Notes under the pieces: generated by a model
The model's input: only the letters and a program-made list of their open reading frames with translations
Told to the model about the DNA's origin: nothing
Database searches by the model: none
Translations under genes and position numbers: made by a program
Shown here: positions 8,133 through 17,901 of the stretch, one piece after another
Layout of the letters: the number at the start of each line of letters is the position of its first letter
Position numbering within the stretch: the stretch's first letter is position 1
DNA from: Nanobdellota archaeon
GTDB lineage: Archaea; Nanobdellota; Nanobdellia; CSSed11-243R1
Length of the DNA stretch: 64,000 bases
Direction: 5' to 3'
Assembly: GCA_021163365.1 (NCBI GenBank)
Contig: JAGGWW010000007.1
Coordinates: 13,929 to 77,928 of the forward strand

Positions 8133-8992
8133 ACAGAAAGCAAGTCCAAGATTGTTTCTAACTTTGCTTTTCTTCTTTCAAGGTCTTTTTTTGCTTCTTT
8201 GTATGCTTCTTCTGATATTTTTCCTGCTGCAAGCTGCTTTGCTAAGTTAGCTAAGTCTTTTTCAATCTCTTTTGAGCTTTTTGCAATCTCTGCTAAGGCG
8301 TTTCTTTTTGGCTTTATCTCTTTGATTATTTCTGTTTTTGTAATTGGTTTTTTCTGTGTCTTAACATATCTTCTTATCAAAGAGTTGTAAAGCTCTGAAA
8401 CATCCTCTTCCAATACTTTAAATGCTTCTGCATCCTTCTTATCAGCATCTCCAGCAATTACAACTCTAACATCTGCTTTTTCATCAGCTATGTTATATAT
8501 TCCTGAAATCTTAAGCCATATTGCCATTGAGACTACTTCTTTTATTGAATAAACAAGTATTGCTAAAATAAACCATGCAATGCTTCCAAATAAAAACATG
8601 TTTGAGTTCCAAACTCTTGCTGTGTCAATTAATGTGTAAAAGTAAAACACTAAAAAGCCAATGCCAATTAGTGTAAGAAGTTTCCAAATAAGCGGGTATC
8701 TTGGACCTTTTTTAAATTGCTTGTATGCTTTCATAATTGTTTTTATTGGCTTCAATCTTCCGCCCCTGAACATGCCTTCGACTTCTGCTTCTTCAAATTT
8801 CATAAGTTCGTTTACAGATGTTTTCCAGTCCAAACTTTTTAATAATTCTGTAACATAACCACGCAGTTCTTCTGGGTCTCCTACACGTGCATATAAGTCA
8901 TAAAATATGTGCTTGTTTTGCATTTCACTTACTTTAAATTGCTCTTCATATCTTTCTAAAACAGTTTTTTTCTCAAACATTTTTAACACCAT
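8129..8992 (-). CDS. Membrane protein with a C-terminal SHOCT-like domain
   Basis: Three hydrophobic helices in the middle. C-terminal GKISEEAYKEAKKDLERRKAKL resembles the SHOCT short C-terminal oligomerisation motif. Confidence 0.45.
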   Translation of the reverse strand: MVLKMFEKKTVLERYEEQFKVSEMQNKHIFYDLYARVGDPEELRGYVTELLKSLDWKTSVNELMKFEEAEVEGMFRGGRLKPIKTIMKAYKQFKKGPRYPLIWKLLTLIGIGFLVFYFYTLIDTARVWNSNMFLFGSIAWFILAILVYSIKEVVSMAIWLKISGIYNIADEKADVRVVIAGDADKKDAEAFKVLEEDVSELYNSLIRRYVKTQKKPITKTEIIKEIKPKRNALAEIAKSSKEIEKDLANLAKQLAAGKISEEAYKEAKKDLERRKAKLETILDLLSV

Positions 8993-9051
8993 ATTTAATC
9001 AAAATTTATTTGCTTAAATTAACTTCTTACTATCATTAAGTAGTGAAGTAA

Positions 9052-9522
9052 TTATAAACCTTTCGTAAAAAGCTCTTTAGCAGTTTTTACAAAATTAACT
9101 TTAGTAGCTGGGTATGCTTCAAGTGAAAAAACTATTTGAATTGTGTCTCCAGATTCTTCTGCTAATGAAATTTTTTCATTAAATGCATCTTGTTTATCAA
9201 AGCGAAGATAAAGCTTTCCTTCATCACTTAATCTAAGGTTTATTTCATTAAGAATTTGCTTTTTTTCCAAGTCTGTTAAAGAATCTAATATTCTTTCGAA
9301 AAGCTCTCTTGCTTTTCTTTTTTCAAGCTTGGCTTTTAATATTTTTATCTTTGTTCCATACATACCTGGTTGTGTTTCTTGCTTGATTACTTTCTTTGGA
9401 AAAAACAATTCAAATGCTTTTTTTACTTTTTCTATACTTTCACTTTCATGACAAAAGGTTTCACCATAAACACTTCTAATTGGAATTTTTTTCATGAAAA
9501 ACAAATAAAAACGCACATTCAA
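9052..9522 (-). CDS. Hypothetical protein (156 aa)
   Basis: ORF only. It sits divergently next to guaB. No family recognised with confidence. Confidence 0.4.
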   Translation of the reverse strand: MNVRFYLFFMKKIPIRSVYGETFCHESESIEKVKKAFELFFPKKVIKQETQPGMYGTKIKILKAKLEKRKARELFERILDSLTDLEKKQILNEINLRLSDEGKLYLRFDKQDAFNEKISLAEESGDTIQIVFSLEAYPATKVNFVKTAKELFTKGL

Positions 9523-9556
9523 AAACTTTATATAGCTACTATGTAGTTACAATATT

Positions 9557-11131
9557 ATGGGTTGGGTTGATAAAAAACTGGACTTAAATGAAGCTCTTAC
9601 TTTTGATGATGTTGTAATCCTTCCAACATATACAGAGGTTTTGCCACATGAACCAGATGTTTCTTCATATCTTACTAAGAAAATAAAATTGCACACACCT
9701 TTTGTAAGCTCTCCAATGGAGTCTGTTACAGAATACAAATTAGCAATAGCAATTGCTCAAAATGGTGGGTTTGGATTTATTCATCGTAATCTAACTCCAA
9801 CAGAACAAGTACAGCAGGTAAAACAGGTTAAGAGATATGAGGCTTTTTTAATTGAAAACCCAACTGTTGTGAAAGCAAGGAAAAAGAGAAAGGGAAGTTT
9901 TTATCCAACTAAAGTTAAAGAAGTTTTATCATTACGAGAAAAATATGGGTATTCTACATTTCCTGTTGTTGATGAAAATAACAATCTCGTTGGAATTGTT
10001 ACAGACAAAGATGTTAGGTGGAGAAGTCTTGATGAATTGGTTGAGGATATAATGGTAAAGGATGTTGTAACAATCCCTTATGTTAAAAATGATGATAAAT
10101 TAAGAGAGATGGCAATAGAAGCTATGAGGGATTATAGAGTTGGATGTGTTGTTGTAACAAGAAGAAGAAATAGCAAGAAAATAAAAGGTTTAATTACAGA
10201 AACAGACATAAAAAAAAGAGATAAGTTCCCATATGCTACAAGAGATAAAAAAGGAAGATTAATGGTTGGTGCTGCAATAGGTGTTGGAGAAAAAGAATTG
10301 GAAAGAGTTGCAAAGCTTTACGAAGCAGAGGTTGATGCAATTGTAATTGACATCTCTCATGGACATTGTAAGAATCTATTGGATGTTCTTTATCAAATTA
10401 AATCCAAAGAATATTTAACAAAAGTAAAAGAAACAGTTAAAAGAGTAAAAAAAGATTATGACATTCCTGTTGTAGGTGGCAACATTGTAACAAAAGAAGC
10501 TGTTGAAGATTTATATTCTGCTGAAGCAGATGCTCTAAGAGTTGGTATAGGTCCTGGTTCTATTTGTACAACAAGAGTTGTTGTTGGAATAGGACTACCA
10601 CAAATATCTGCAATTTTAGAAACAGCAGAAGTTGCACGAGATTATGGCATTCCAATAATTGCTGATGGAGGTATTAAATACTATGGTGATATAGCGAAAG
10701 CAATAGCAGCTGGAGCGAGCACTGTTATGATGGGTAGATTGTTTGCTGGAACTCAAGAAGCTCCTGGCGAATTAGTATCTTTGCATGGAAGGTTATACAA
10801 AAAATATTTTGGAATGGCTTCTGAAAGAGCATTAAAGAATAAGGCAGGTGGTGGAAGACTAAGATATCTTGAATTTTTGGATAAGCCAATTGATTATCTA
10901 CATGTTTTTCCCCAAGGAGTTGAAGGTTATGTTGATTATGCTGGCTCTTTATCAGATGTTATCAATCAAATGAGGGAGGCATTAAAAAAAGCAATGGCTG
11001 CAACGAATTCAAGAACAATAGAAGAATTTCATGAAAACGCTGTTTTAAGAAAGGTTTCAAAAAGCGGTGCAATAGAAGGGCATCCATCTGTTACTTTAGA
11101 AAAAGAACCAATAAATTATAGAAAAACTTAG
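9557..11131 (+). CDS. guaB: Inosine-5'-monophosphate dehydrogenase with CBS pair
   Basis: FDDVVILP start and the catalytic loop GIGPGSICTTRVVVGIGLPQ. GGIKYYGDIAKAIAAGASTVMMG. CBS domains inserted after the first beta-strand region. Confidence 0.9.
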   Translation: MGWVDKKLDLNEALTFDDVVILPTYTEVLPHEPDVSSYLTKKIKLHTPFVSSPMESVTEYKLAIAIAQNGGFGFIHRNLTPTEQVQQVKQVKRYEAFLIENPTVVKARKKRKGSFYPTKVKEVLSLREKYGYSTFPVVDENNNLVGIVTDKDVRWRSLDELVEDIMVKDVVTIPYVKNDDKLREMAIEAMRDYRVGCVVVTRRRNSKKIKGLITETDIKKRDKFPYATRDKKGRLMVGAAIGVGEKELERVAKLYEAEVDAIVIDISHGHCKNLLDVLYQIKSKEYLTKVKETVKRVKKDYDIPVVGGNIVTKEAVEDLYSAEADALRVGIGPGSICTTRVVVGIGLPQISAILETAEVARDYGIPIIADGGIKYYGDIAKAIAAGASTVMMGRLFAGTQEAPGELVSLHGRLYKKYFGMASERALKNKAGGGRLRYLEFLDKPIDYLHVFPQGVEGYVDYAGSLSDVINQMREALKKAMAATNSRTIEEFHENAVLRKVSKSGAIEGHPSVTLEKEPINYRKT

Positions 11132-12160
11132 GTGTTGTTTATGGAATTTCCAGAAGAGATTGTTATAACTCTTAAAAAAGTTGGAAATCCAAGATATGGA
11201 GAAAACCCACAACAAGATGCAGCTATCTATGAAATTGAAGAAGCAAGTGGGATTAGCTTAGAAAAAATCTTTCCAATTACAAGAGCAGAGCAGCTTAATG
11301 GCAAACCAATGTCTTTCAACAACTGGCTTGATGCAGATGGTGTTCTTAAAATGCTTTGGCAATTTGAAGAACCAGCAGCAACTGTTTTTAAACATGTAAT
11401 TCCATCTGGTGCTGCACAAGCAGAAAACATTTTTGATGCTTATAAAAAAGCTTGGAACTCTGACCCATTAAGTGCATTTGGTGGTGTTGCTGGTGTAAAT
11501 CGCAAAGTTGACAAAGAACTTGCAAACTACATTGTTGATAAAAAATTCTTAGAAGTTTTAATTGCGCCAGACTACGATGATGATGCTCTTGAAACCTTAT
11601 GCAAGAAAAAGAATTTAAGAATACTTAAAACAAACACAGAAATGCCAGATTGTATTGGATATGACATTAGAGCAATCACTGGTGGGTTTTTAATTCAAGA
11701 ATTTGATTTTTCCAATTTAACCCAAAATGATTTAATTTATCTTGATGATAAAGAAATTAAGAAACCAACATATGAACAAATCGAAGATATGCTTTTTGGA
11801 TGGAAAATAGCAAGAAGAACAAGGTCAAATACTGTTTTACTTGTTAAGAACAAAGCAACTATAGGGATTGGTGCAGGACAACAAAGTAGGGTTGATGCTG
11901 CGTATATTGCATGTCGCAGAGCAAATCAACACCATGGTGGAGCAGAAGGGAGCGTTGCTGTTTCAGATGCATTTTTTCCTTTTCCAGATTCAATTGATGT
12001 GTTGCATGAGAATCGTGTATCAGCTGTTCTTAGTCCAGCTGGTTCAATTAGAGATGAAGAAGTTTATGAAACATTAAGAAAATATCAAATGTCTGCAGCG
12101 CACACACCTTATGTTGAAAAAGGTGGTTATAAAGGTGGTATGCGAGCATTTATACATTGA
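11132..12160 (+). CDS. AICAR transformylase domain protein (PurH C-terminal AICARFT domain, stand-alone)
   Basis: RYGENPQQDAAIYE matches the AICARFT signature RYGENPHQ. The length of about 340 aa equals one AICARFT domain. No MGS-like IMP cyclohydrolase domain is present. Confidence 0.65.
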   Translation: MLFMEFPEEIVITLKKVGNPRYGENPQQDAAIYEIEEASGISLEKIFPITRAEQLNGKPMSFNNWLDADGVLKMLWQFEEPAATVFKHVIPSGAAQAENIFDAYKKAWNSDPLSAFGGVAGVNRKVDKELANYIVDKKFLEVLIAPDYDDDALETLCKKKNLRILKTNTEMPDCIGYDIRAITGGFLIQEFDFSNLTQNDLIYLDDKEIKKPTYEQIEDMLFGWKIARRTRSNTVLLVKNKATIGIGAGQQSRVDAAYIACRRANQHHGGAEGSVAVSDAFFPFPDSIDVLHENRVSAVLSPAGSIRDEEVYETLRKYQMSAAHTPYVEKGGYKGGMRAFIH

Positions 12161-12479
12161 TTATATCATAGAAGTTTATAATCTAGTGAAAGAATTAGAT
12201 GAAGCAGTAAGTAAAATTGCAATAAAAAGAAGATGGTATAGAAAAGGGGACTTAGTTGTTTCTTGTGAAATTAAAGGAATAGGAGAATATACTGTTTATG
12301 CTGATAGAATTATAAAAAAAGGTTTGTTTAAATCATTAGTTGATAGGTTTATGATATTTTACAGAAACGGCAAACACATTGGTGAGTATCATCTTGGCAA
12401 AATTCACTTAAAGCCCAGAGGAGGGGTTGTTAATAAAAACATTGAAGAATTAGTCAATTATTTTGAAGTAAATCTTTAA
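12111..12479 (+). CDS. Hypothetical protein (122 aa; start uncertain, overlaps the end of the previous gene)
   Basis: ORF only. Confidence 0.3.
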   Translation: MLKKVVIKVVCEHLYIDYIIEVYNLVKELDEAVSKIAIKRRWYRKGDLVVSCEIKGIGEYTVYADRIIKKGLFKSLVDRFMIFYRNGKHIGEYHLGKIHLKPRGGVVNKNIEELVNYFEVNL

Positions 12480-13254
12480 TTTTTTGTTTTATAAGCATTA
12501 TTTCATCTATTTCTAAGTAAAAAACCTTTTTTTCACCCAGTTTGCCAAGCGACTTTGCTAGAATCTTTCTAAGTTTGTTTTTATCTTTTTCTTTTAAAAA
12601 ATGTCTTGAATCAATAAGTGCATTAATGACTTTTTTGTTTTTGTGCATGAAAAGAATTTTAGCAACATAAAAAAGCAAGTCATCTCTTTTAACATCTTTT
12701 GGAATAAGTTTCACAAGTGCTGATTCAACTTTCGGCGCTGGTCTAAAAGCTGTTTTTGGTATATACTTTATTATCTGACAATCAGCATAGTAGTTTACCA
12801 ACACAGAAAGCCGAGAGTAATCCCTTAAGCCAGGAAATGCAGTCATTCTTTCTGCAAACTCACGTTGATACATTAGAACTGCAAATAAATCTTTAACACC
12901 TTTATGAAGCTGCGAATTAAGGAAAAGCAAAATTTTTTCAGTAATTGCAGACGAGATTTCATAAGGCAGGTTCCCCACTATTTTATTTACTTCTTTTGGA
13001 AATTCATAATCCAACACATCTTTGTTTATGACTTCAACATTTGAGAATTCTTTCATTTTTTTCTTAAGTTTTAAAAAAAGTTTCTTATCAATTTCAATTG
13101 CATAAACCTTTTTTGCACTTGTTAAGTACTTTGTTAATCTTCCATCACCAGCGCCAATCTCAAGAACAACATCATCTTTTGTTATCTCTAAGTAATCTGC
13201 TATTTCCTTTAATAATTCTTCACTTTTTAAAAAATGCTGTCCAAGTTTTACCAT
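12454..13254 (-). CDS. rsmA: 16S rRNA (adenine1518/1519-N6)-dimethyltransferase KsgA/Dim1
   Basis: GQHFLKSEELLKEIADY…VLEIGAGDGRLT…GNLPYEISSAI: canonical KsgA motifs. Confidence 0.9.
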   Translation of the reverse strand: MVKLGQHFLKSEELLKEIADYLEITKDDVVLEIGAGDGRLTKYLTSAKKVYAIEIDKKLFLKLKKKMKEFSNVEVINKDVLDYEFPKEVNKIVGNLPYEISSAITEKILLFLNSQLHKGVKDLFAVLMYQREFAERMTAFPGLRDYSRLSVLVNYYADCQIIKYIPKTAFRPAPKVESALVKLIPKDVKRDDLLFYVAKILFMHKNKKVINALIDSRHFLKEKDKNKLRKILAKSLGKLGEKKVFYLEIDEIMLIKQKIKDLLQNN

Positions 13255-13263
13255 TTTACTTTC

Positions 13264-13950
13264 TTACATATTTAAATCATTTGGATTAACAATTGGCTTG
13301 TCAAACCTTTCTATATCATCAATTGCAATTCTTGGACAAGCAGTGTTAATCCACGCTTCAATGTCTGGGAAGTCTAAAAGTGATTCTGGTGAAAGTGTTT
13401 CAAACATAAAGATATATGCTTTCTTTCCTTTTTCTTCAATTTTTTTCTTAATTCTCTTTGCTAATTCTAAATTATATTGCCCTGGTTTTGTGCAAACAAG
13501 AATGCCATAAACTTTTGCTTTTTTTGCTTTTGAAATAGCATCTTCTCTTAACTTTTTATATCTATTTATTTCTTTTTCACTTAACTTACTTACAACTTGT
13601 GTTATGGGATTAGCTTGATAAATTGGTTTATTTGTTTCCAAACCAACAGAAATTGAATGAAAATATCCACTTCCTAAATAAACATAACAATCAACATCTT
13701 TTGAAATTGACAATGGAGATGTTATATCACAACCAAGAACTTGCCCTTTTTCTATTGCGCGATAAGCTGGTTCTCCAACAAACACTTTTTTACCTTTTTT
13801 CTTTAAAAAATCTTCAAGCTCCTTAAGTTGTTCTATAAATTGGATTGTTGTAAAAATACCCATGTTTCTACAAGGAATTTCAGCTACCTTTTCCATAAAA
13901 TCATTTGATAATCTTTTCTTATACTTTACTGGAATAAACAAAATATCCAT
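13264..13950 (-). CDS. dph2: Dph2-like protein (2-(3-amino-3-carboxypropyl)histidine synthase family), unusually short
   Basis: GILVCTKPGQ and WINTACPRIA resemble Dph2 motifs. Only 228 aa against about 340 for a typical archaeal Dph2. Confidence 0.45.
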   Translation of the reverse strand: MDILFIPVKYKKRLSNDFMEKVAEIPCRNMGIFTTIQFIEQLKELEDFLKKKGKKVFVGEPAYRAIEKGQVLGCDITSPLSISKDVDCYVYLGSGYFHSISVGLETNKPIYQANPITQVVSKLSEKEINRYKKLREDAISKAKKAKVYGILVCTKPGQYNLELAKRIKKKIEEKGKKAYIFMFETLSPESLLDFPDIEAWINTACPRIAIDDIERFDKPIVNPNDLNM

Positions 13951-14040
13951 GTTTTTTCTTAAAATATCATTAATTAAAAGCTTATCCTCAAAAACTTTAT
14001 AATAGATTATGTTTTTCTAATCAATGGAGGTAGATATCAA

Positions 14041-14331
14041 ATGGCTGAAAACACTTTAGTAATTGCCTTGGCTGTTATTGCAATTGTAGCAATTGTTGCA
14101 GTATTTGGGTTAGTTCAAATGACAGGGTACGTGATAAAAGAAAGAATAAGAGAGCCGCTTGGTTACTGCTATGTTACTGGCTTAAATCTACCAGACAAAA
14201 AAGAGGTAGCAATACCAATCTATTCATGTGAGCAATACTTTGCATTGAAGTCAGTAGACAAAATCCTTTGCCCAACATTGCGTGCATGTGAAGGAGGCGG
14301 ACCAACAGAGCCAAGCGAAGGTATGAAGTAA
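14041..14331 (+). CDS. Small membrane protein with a Cys-containing C-terminal region (96 aa)
   Basis: N-terminal TM helix (LVIALAVIAIVAIVAVFGLV) and 5 Cys in the C-terminal half. SD-like GGAGG upstream. Confidence 0.4.
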   Translation: MAENTLVIALAVIAIVAIVAVFGLVQMTGYVIKERIREPLGYCYVTGLNLPDKKEVAIPIYSCEQYFALKSVDKILCPTLRACEGGGPTEPSEGMK

Positions 14332-14389
14332 TTTTCTTTTTTATTTTTTTAGCGCAATTAATTTAACTTAGTAAGCATTTGTTTTTTCT

Positions 14390-15115
14390 ATGAAATTGCT
14401 CATTGATGAAGAAGGAAGAAAAATTTTAGTAAAAGAAAATAAAGAAATACACACGCATCAAGGTGTTGTTAAAAAGCAAAAGCTTTTGCATGGAAAAGTT
14501 GTTAAAACAAACATTGGAAAAAAATTTCTTGTTATTGAACCAAGCTTTGTTGATTTATTTGAAAGAATAAAAAGAGGACCACAAATAATAACATTAAAAG
14601 ATGCTGGAATTATTTCTGCTTACACTGGTGTTAGTTCTGGCTGGAAGATTGCAGAAGCTGGAAGCGGAAGTGGTGCATTAACGTGTTATCTTGCAAATCT
14701 CGTAAAGCCAAAAGGCAAGGTTTATTCTTATGAAAAAAGGAAAGATTTTTTGAAGATAGCTAAAGAAAATGTTGAAAAATTTGGGCTTTCTAAATTTGTT
14801 GTTTTTAAGAATAAAGATATTTCAAACATATCTGAAAAGAACTTGGACATGGTTGTTCTTGATTTGCCAAATCCATGGGAATATATAAAGCAAATAGAAA
14901 AAGCTTTGAAAATTGGAGGATTTTTAGTTATATATGTTCCCACAATTAATCAAATAATTAAAGCTGTAGATGCTCTTGAAAATTCTTCTTTTAAGGTGTT
15001 CAAAGTTTGCGAAGTAATTGAAAGAGACTGGAAAGTTGGAAAAGCAACAAGACCCTTGAATGTGATTCTTGGGCACACAGCATTTCTTTTATTTTCAAGA
15101 AAGTTGCCACTTTAA
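14390..15115 (+). CDS. trmI: tRNA (adenine57/58-N1)-methyltransferase TrmI (Gcd14 family)
   Basis: IAEAGSGSGALTCYLA (motif I) and VVLDLPNPWEY (motif IV, D-x-P-x-P-W of TrmI/Gcd14). Confidence 0.85.
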   Translation: MKLLIDEEGRKILVKENKEIHTHQGVVKKQKLLHGKVVKTNIGKKFLVIEPSFVDLFERIKRGPQIITLKDAGIISAYTGVSSGWKIAEAGSGSGALTCYLANLVKPKGKVYSYEKRKDFLKIAKENVEKFGLSKFVVFKNKDISNISEKNLDMVVLDLPNPWEYIKQIEKALKIGGFLVIYVPTINQIIKAVDALENSSFKVFKVCEVIERDWKVGKATRPLNVILGHTAFLLFSRKLPL

Positions 15116-15134
15116 AATAGTTAAATTTATATAC

Positions 15135-16019
15135 ATGCAACTTGTTTATTTAATTATGGAAGACATATTGTCAGATATAGAGGAAATGTTCGAAAGTGAA
15201 ATTAACAAAGTTGATGGTGTTTTCAAAAGATATGCTGTTAAAAAAGCATTTGAAAGTTTTAATTCATATGAGGCTCATGTGTTAGAATATATCATTAGGA
15301 GATATAGCAATGCAAAAATAGCGCAGGAAAATTATGTAGAAACCCAAGATGTTCAAAGAGATATTTCTGCTTTAGGCAATTTTGTTTATGATTGGTTTGC
15401 ATATCTATGGAGATTTGATTTGCATAGAACACCAGATTTTGACACTTTTATGAAATCAATTTCATCAACATCTAAAGCTGGAAGTATTTCTATCTGGAGA
15501 TGGAATTATGAACCAGACCCTGTTGAAAAATGGCAAACACCAAAGGAGACATATACAAGGAGAGATACGTTTGGAAGATTTATTGGAGACTGCGATGATA
15601 TAGCTCGCTTTTTGCTTTGCGGCTTAAATAGAAATGGACATAATGCATATTTATATGCTATGTGGGATGAGGAACATGGGCATGCAACTTGTGCTGTTGA
15701 AGAAGGAGAAATAGAAACAATTGGGACATTTCATAGAATTAGTCATTTCACAAAAGACAGAAAAGAGGTTGCTGAATATTGGTATAATAACTTACTTGGA
15801 TTATTAGTTTATAAGCAAGACCCAAATACATTTGAGCTTAAACTTGTTTATGAGTATACAAATCCAGAAAACAAAAGAGTTGGCACAAATGCATTAACAA
15901 CACCAATTGATAGATTTGTTAAAAAAATGAAAAAACTTCATCCAGAATCAGTTGAAATAATTCTGCAAACAATTGATGAAAGTGTTGCAAGAGAAATAAA
16001 AAAAGAGCTTGGTGATTAA
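15135..16019 (+). CDS. Hypothetical protein with a possible transglutaminase-like Cys/His core
   Basis: GDCDDIARFLLCGLNRNGHNAYLYAMWDEEHGHATCAV is suggestive of a papain-like/transglutaminase-like C…H…D arrangement. Start placed at an internal Met after the trmI stop. Confidence 0.35.
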   Translation: MQLVYLIMEDILSDIEEMFESEINKVDGVFKRYAVKKAFESFNSYEAHVLEYIIRRYSNAKIAQENYVETQDVQRDISALGNFVYDWFAYLWRFDLHRTPDFDTFMKSISSTSKAGSISIWRWNYEPDPVEKWQTPKETYTRRDTFGRFIGDCDDIARFLLCGLNRNGHNAYLYAMWDEEHGHATCAVEEGEIETIGTFHRISHFTKDRKEVAEYWYNNLLGLLVYKQDPNTFELKLVYEYTNPENKRVGTNALTTPIDRFVKKMKKLHPESVEIILQTIDESVAREIKKELGD

Positions 16020-16774
16020 TAAACATCTTTATAGCTTTTTCCCCTTTCCTTTACTTTTGATACAACAGCTACATATTTTTTTAATCCAGAATTTTTTATT
16101 TTCTTAAGCAAAATTTCTTGAACCTGAAAAACACCAGCAGCACTACTCATCTTAATCTCAATCTCAACTGGTTTTTCTTTTCCTTTCTTAATGTTAACCT
16201 CATCAATCGCCATTGCAGAGTATTCATGTATGCTTCTATCTCCTATTGTAAAAGAAATCCTTGCTCTTCCTTTTGTCATATCACAACCATCAGCAATGGA
16301 AATAATTCCAGCTTCTACGCTTGTTGGCTTGTAATTACCCATATGACAAAGGATTCCTTCAAGAACGACTGGTAAAATTGCATATGCTTTTTTTGATTCT
16401 TTGTAATAATCAATTAAAAGCTTTTCAGCAATTGGCTTTGCAAGAATAACAGAAAAAAGCTCGTGATTCTCCCTATTTATTGAGATTCCAATGTCATGAA
16501 GATAAGCTGAAAGCATTACAGCCATTTTTGCATCATCTTCGTTTCCAATTTTTTCTTTCATAATTGTTGATTTTTTTAGAAGACTTAAAATCTTCAAGGC
16601 ATTCCTTGTTGTTATCTTAGAATGCATTTCTCCATGGTCATTTAATCCCAATCTTCCAATTGAAACATTATTTGCTTGCTTAATTAATGTTTTTACTTCT
16701 TTGTTTGATTTTAGATTTTCATAAAAATTAATTAAATCTTCTTTCTTAAGAAGTGCTTTTATCTCGTCATCCAT
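16016..16774 (-). CDS. HD-domain phosphohydrolase
   Basis: H…HDIGI metal-binding motif (AYLHDIGISINRENHE) and further His/Asp ligands downstream. Confidence 0.75.
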   Translation of the reverse strand: MDDEIKALLKKEDLINFYENLKSNKEVKTLIKQANNVSIGRLGLNDHGEMHSKITTRNALKILSLLKKSTIMKEKIGNEDDAKMAVMLSAYLHDIGISINRENHELFSVILAKPIAEKLLIDYYKESKKAYAILPVVLEGILCHMGNYKPTSVEAGIISIADGCDMTKGRARISFTIGDRSIHEYSAMAIDEVNIKKGKEKPVEIEIKMSSAAGVFQVQEILLKKIKNSGLKKYVAVVSKVKERGKSYKDVY

Positions 16775-16775
16775 T

Positions 16776-16919
16776 TTATCCCTTTAATCCAAATCTTCCA
16801 CCGCAATCTAAACACTCATAAATACCTGTTGATTGTTTGCCGAAAAGCAAGTTAGAAAGCGAAAACCCTTCTTTTTTGTATGGTTTGATATTATAACTCC
16901 CACAATAAATGCATCTCAT
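16776..16919 (-). CDS. Zinc-ribbon micro-protein (47 aa)
   Basis: Not in the ORF track (<60 aa): MRCIYCGSYNIKPYKKEGFSLSNLLFGKQSTGIYECLDCGGRFGLKG. Two CxxC pairs. Its stop lies 1 nt from the start codon of the HD-domain gene, which suggests translational coupling. Confidence 0.4.
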   Translation of the reverse strand: MRCIYCGSYNIKPYKKEGFSLSNLLFGKQSTGIYECLDCGGRFGLKG

Positions 16920-16982
16920 GAAATTTTATAAGCGCTTTACACTTAAAAAGATTTTTAAATCCTTTTTGTTTGAGTTTTGCTT

Positions 16983-17132
16983 ATGAATCCAGTCGATTTG
17001 GTGCTTGGAAGTGTGCAAATCATTGGCGCTATTATGTTAATTTATAACTTATGCTGGCTTCCGAAATTTATAATATGGCCAATTGCCATATTACTTATTA
17101 TCTCTGGCTTGTTAGAATACATTGGTGCTTAA
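16983..17132 (+). CDS. Possible 49-aa single/double-pass membrane micro-protein
   Basis: MNPVDLVLGSVQIIGAIMLIYNLCWLPKFIIWPIAILLIISGLLEYIGA, an ORF in an otherwise empty 350-nt gap. Hydrophobic. Confidence 0.25.
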   Translation: MNPVDLVLGSVQIIGAIMLIYNLCWLPKFIIWPIAILLIISGLLEYIGA

Positions 17133-17636
17133 TCTTTGTAATTTCCATACTTTGGGATAACATGCCTAACTCCACCAACAGGATTATCCACATCTCCAAA
17201 GAATCTTGGTATGATGTGGATGTGTAAATGATGAATTGTTCTTCCTGCAGCTTTTCCTTCATTTACTCCTATGTTATATCCATCAGGCTTTTTATTAATA
17301 AAAGGACTTTTAAGCATTTCTTCCAAAAACCACTTAGATTTTTCATTAATTGGATTTTTTTAAAAACCCCTCATAAACCTTTTTTAAATCACTTTTTTCA
17401 ATAATTTCTTTTACATCTACAAGTGCTGATTTTAAATATTTCCATTCTTCATCTGATAATTCAAACAAAGAAGCAACATGTCTCTTTGGAATAATCTCTG
17501 CATGACCTGGAGAAACAGGAAATTTATCAAATTGAGCAAAGAAATATTTATTTTCATATATAACGTCTTTGTTTTCTTTGTAAATCTTACAAAAAACGCA
17601 TTCCATGTTAATCTTGGATTTCACATTTTTTTCCAA
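17129..17636 (-). pseudogene. HIT-family hydrolase gene interrupted by a frameshift (two ORFs: 17346..17636 N-terminal, 17129..17326 C-terminal)
   Basis: The N-terminal ORF has CVFCKI…FPVSPGHAEIIPKRH. The C-terminal ORF has DGYNIGVNEGKAAGRTIHHLHIHIIPR (the HxHxHxx histidine triad). The frames meet inside a G4T5A7 run (plus strand A-T7-A5-C4 at 17346-17362). Removing one A/T gives one continuous HIT ORF. Confidence 0.6.
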
Positions 17637-17874
17637 TTACTTGTCCTGGAAGTCCTTTCTTGAACCTTGCTCTCACAACACCTTTTTTCCCATGAAGTGC
17701 TACAATCTTTCCAATGAATTTCTTATTTTTTGATACTTGCACAATAACCTTTTTTCCAAGAAATGCATGCGCTTTTGTATATCCAATACCATCTGCTTTA
17801 ATTAAAATTTGATTTGGATATTGCCTATGCCTACTTCTTCTGTAACTTGTTATAATAGCTTCCATATCAAACAC
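17608..17874 (-). CDS. rpl35ae: 50S ribosomal protein L35Ae
   Basis: …IKADGIGYTKAHAFLGKKVIVQVSKNKKFIGKIVALHGKKGVVRARFKKGLPGQVIG: characteristic L35Ae. Confidence 0.85.
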   Translation of the reverse strand: MFDMEAIITSYRRSRHRQYPNQILIKADGIGYTKAHAFLGKKVIVQVSKNKKFIGKIVALHGKKGVVRARFKKGLPGQVIGKKCEIQD

Positions 17875-17901
17875 CCACTTTGTTTTTGTTTTTAAATCTT
17901 A

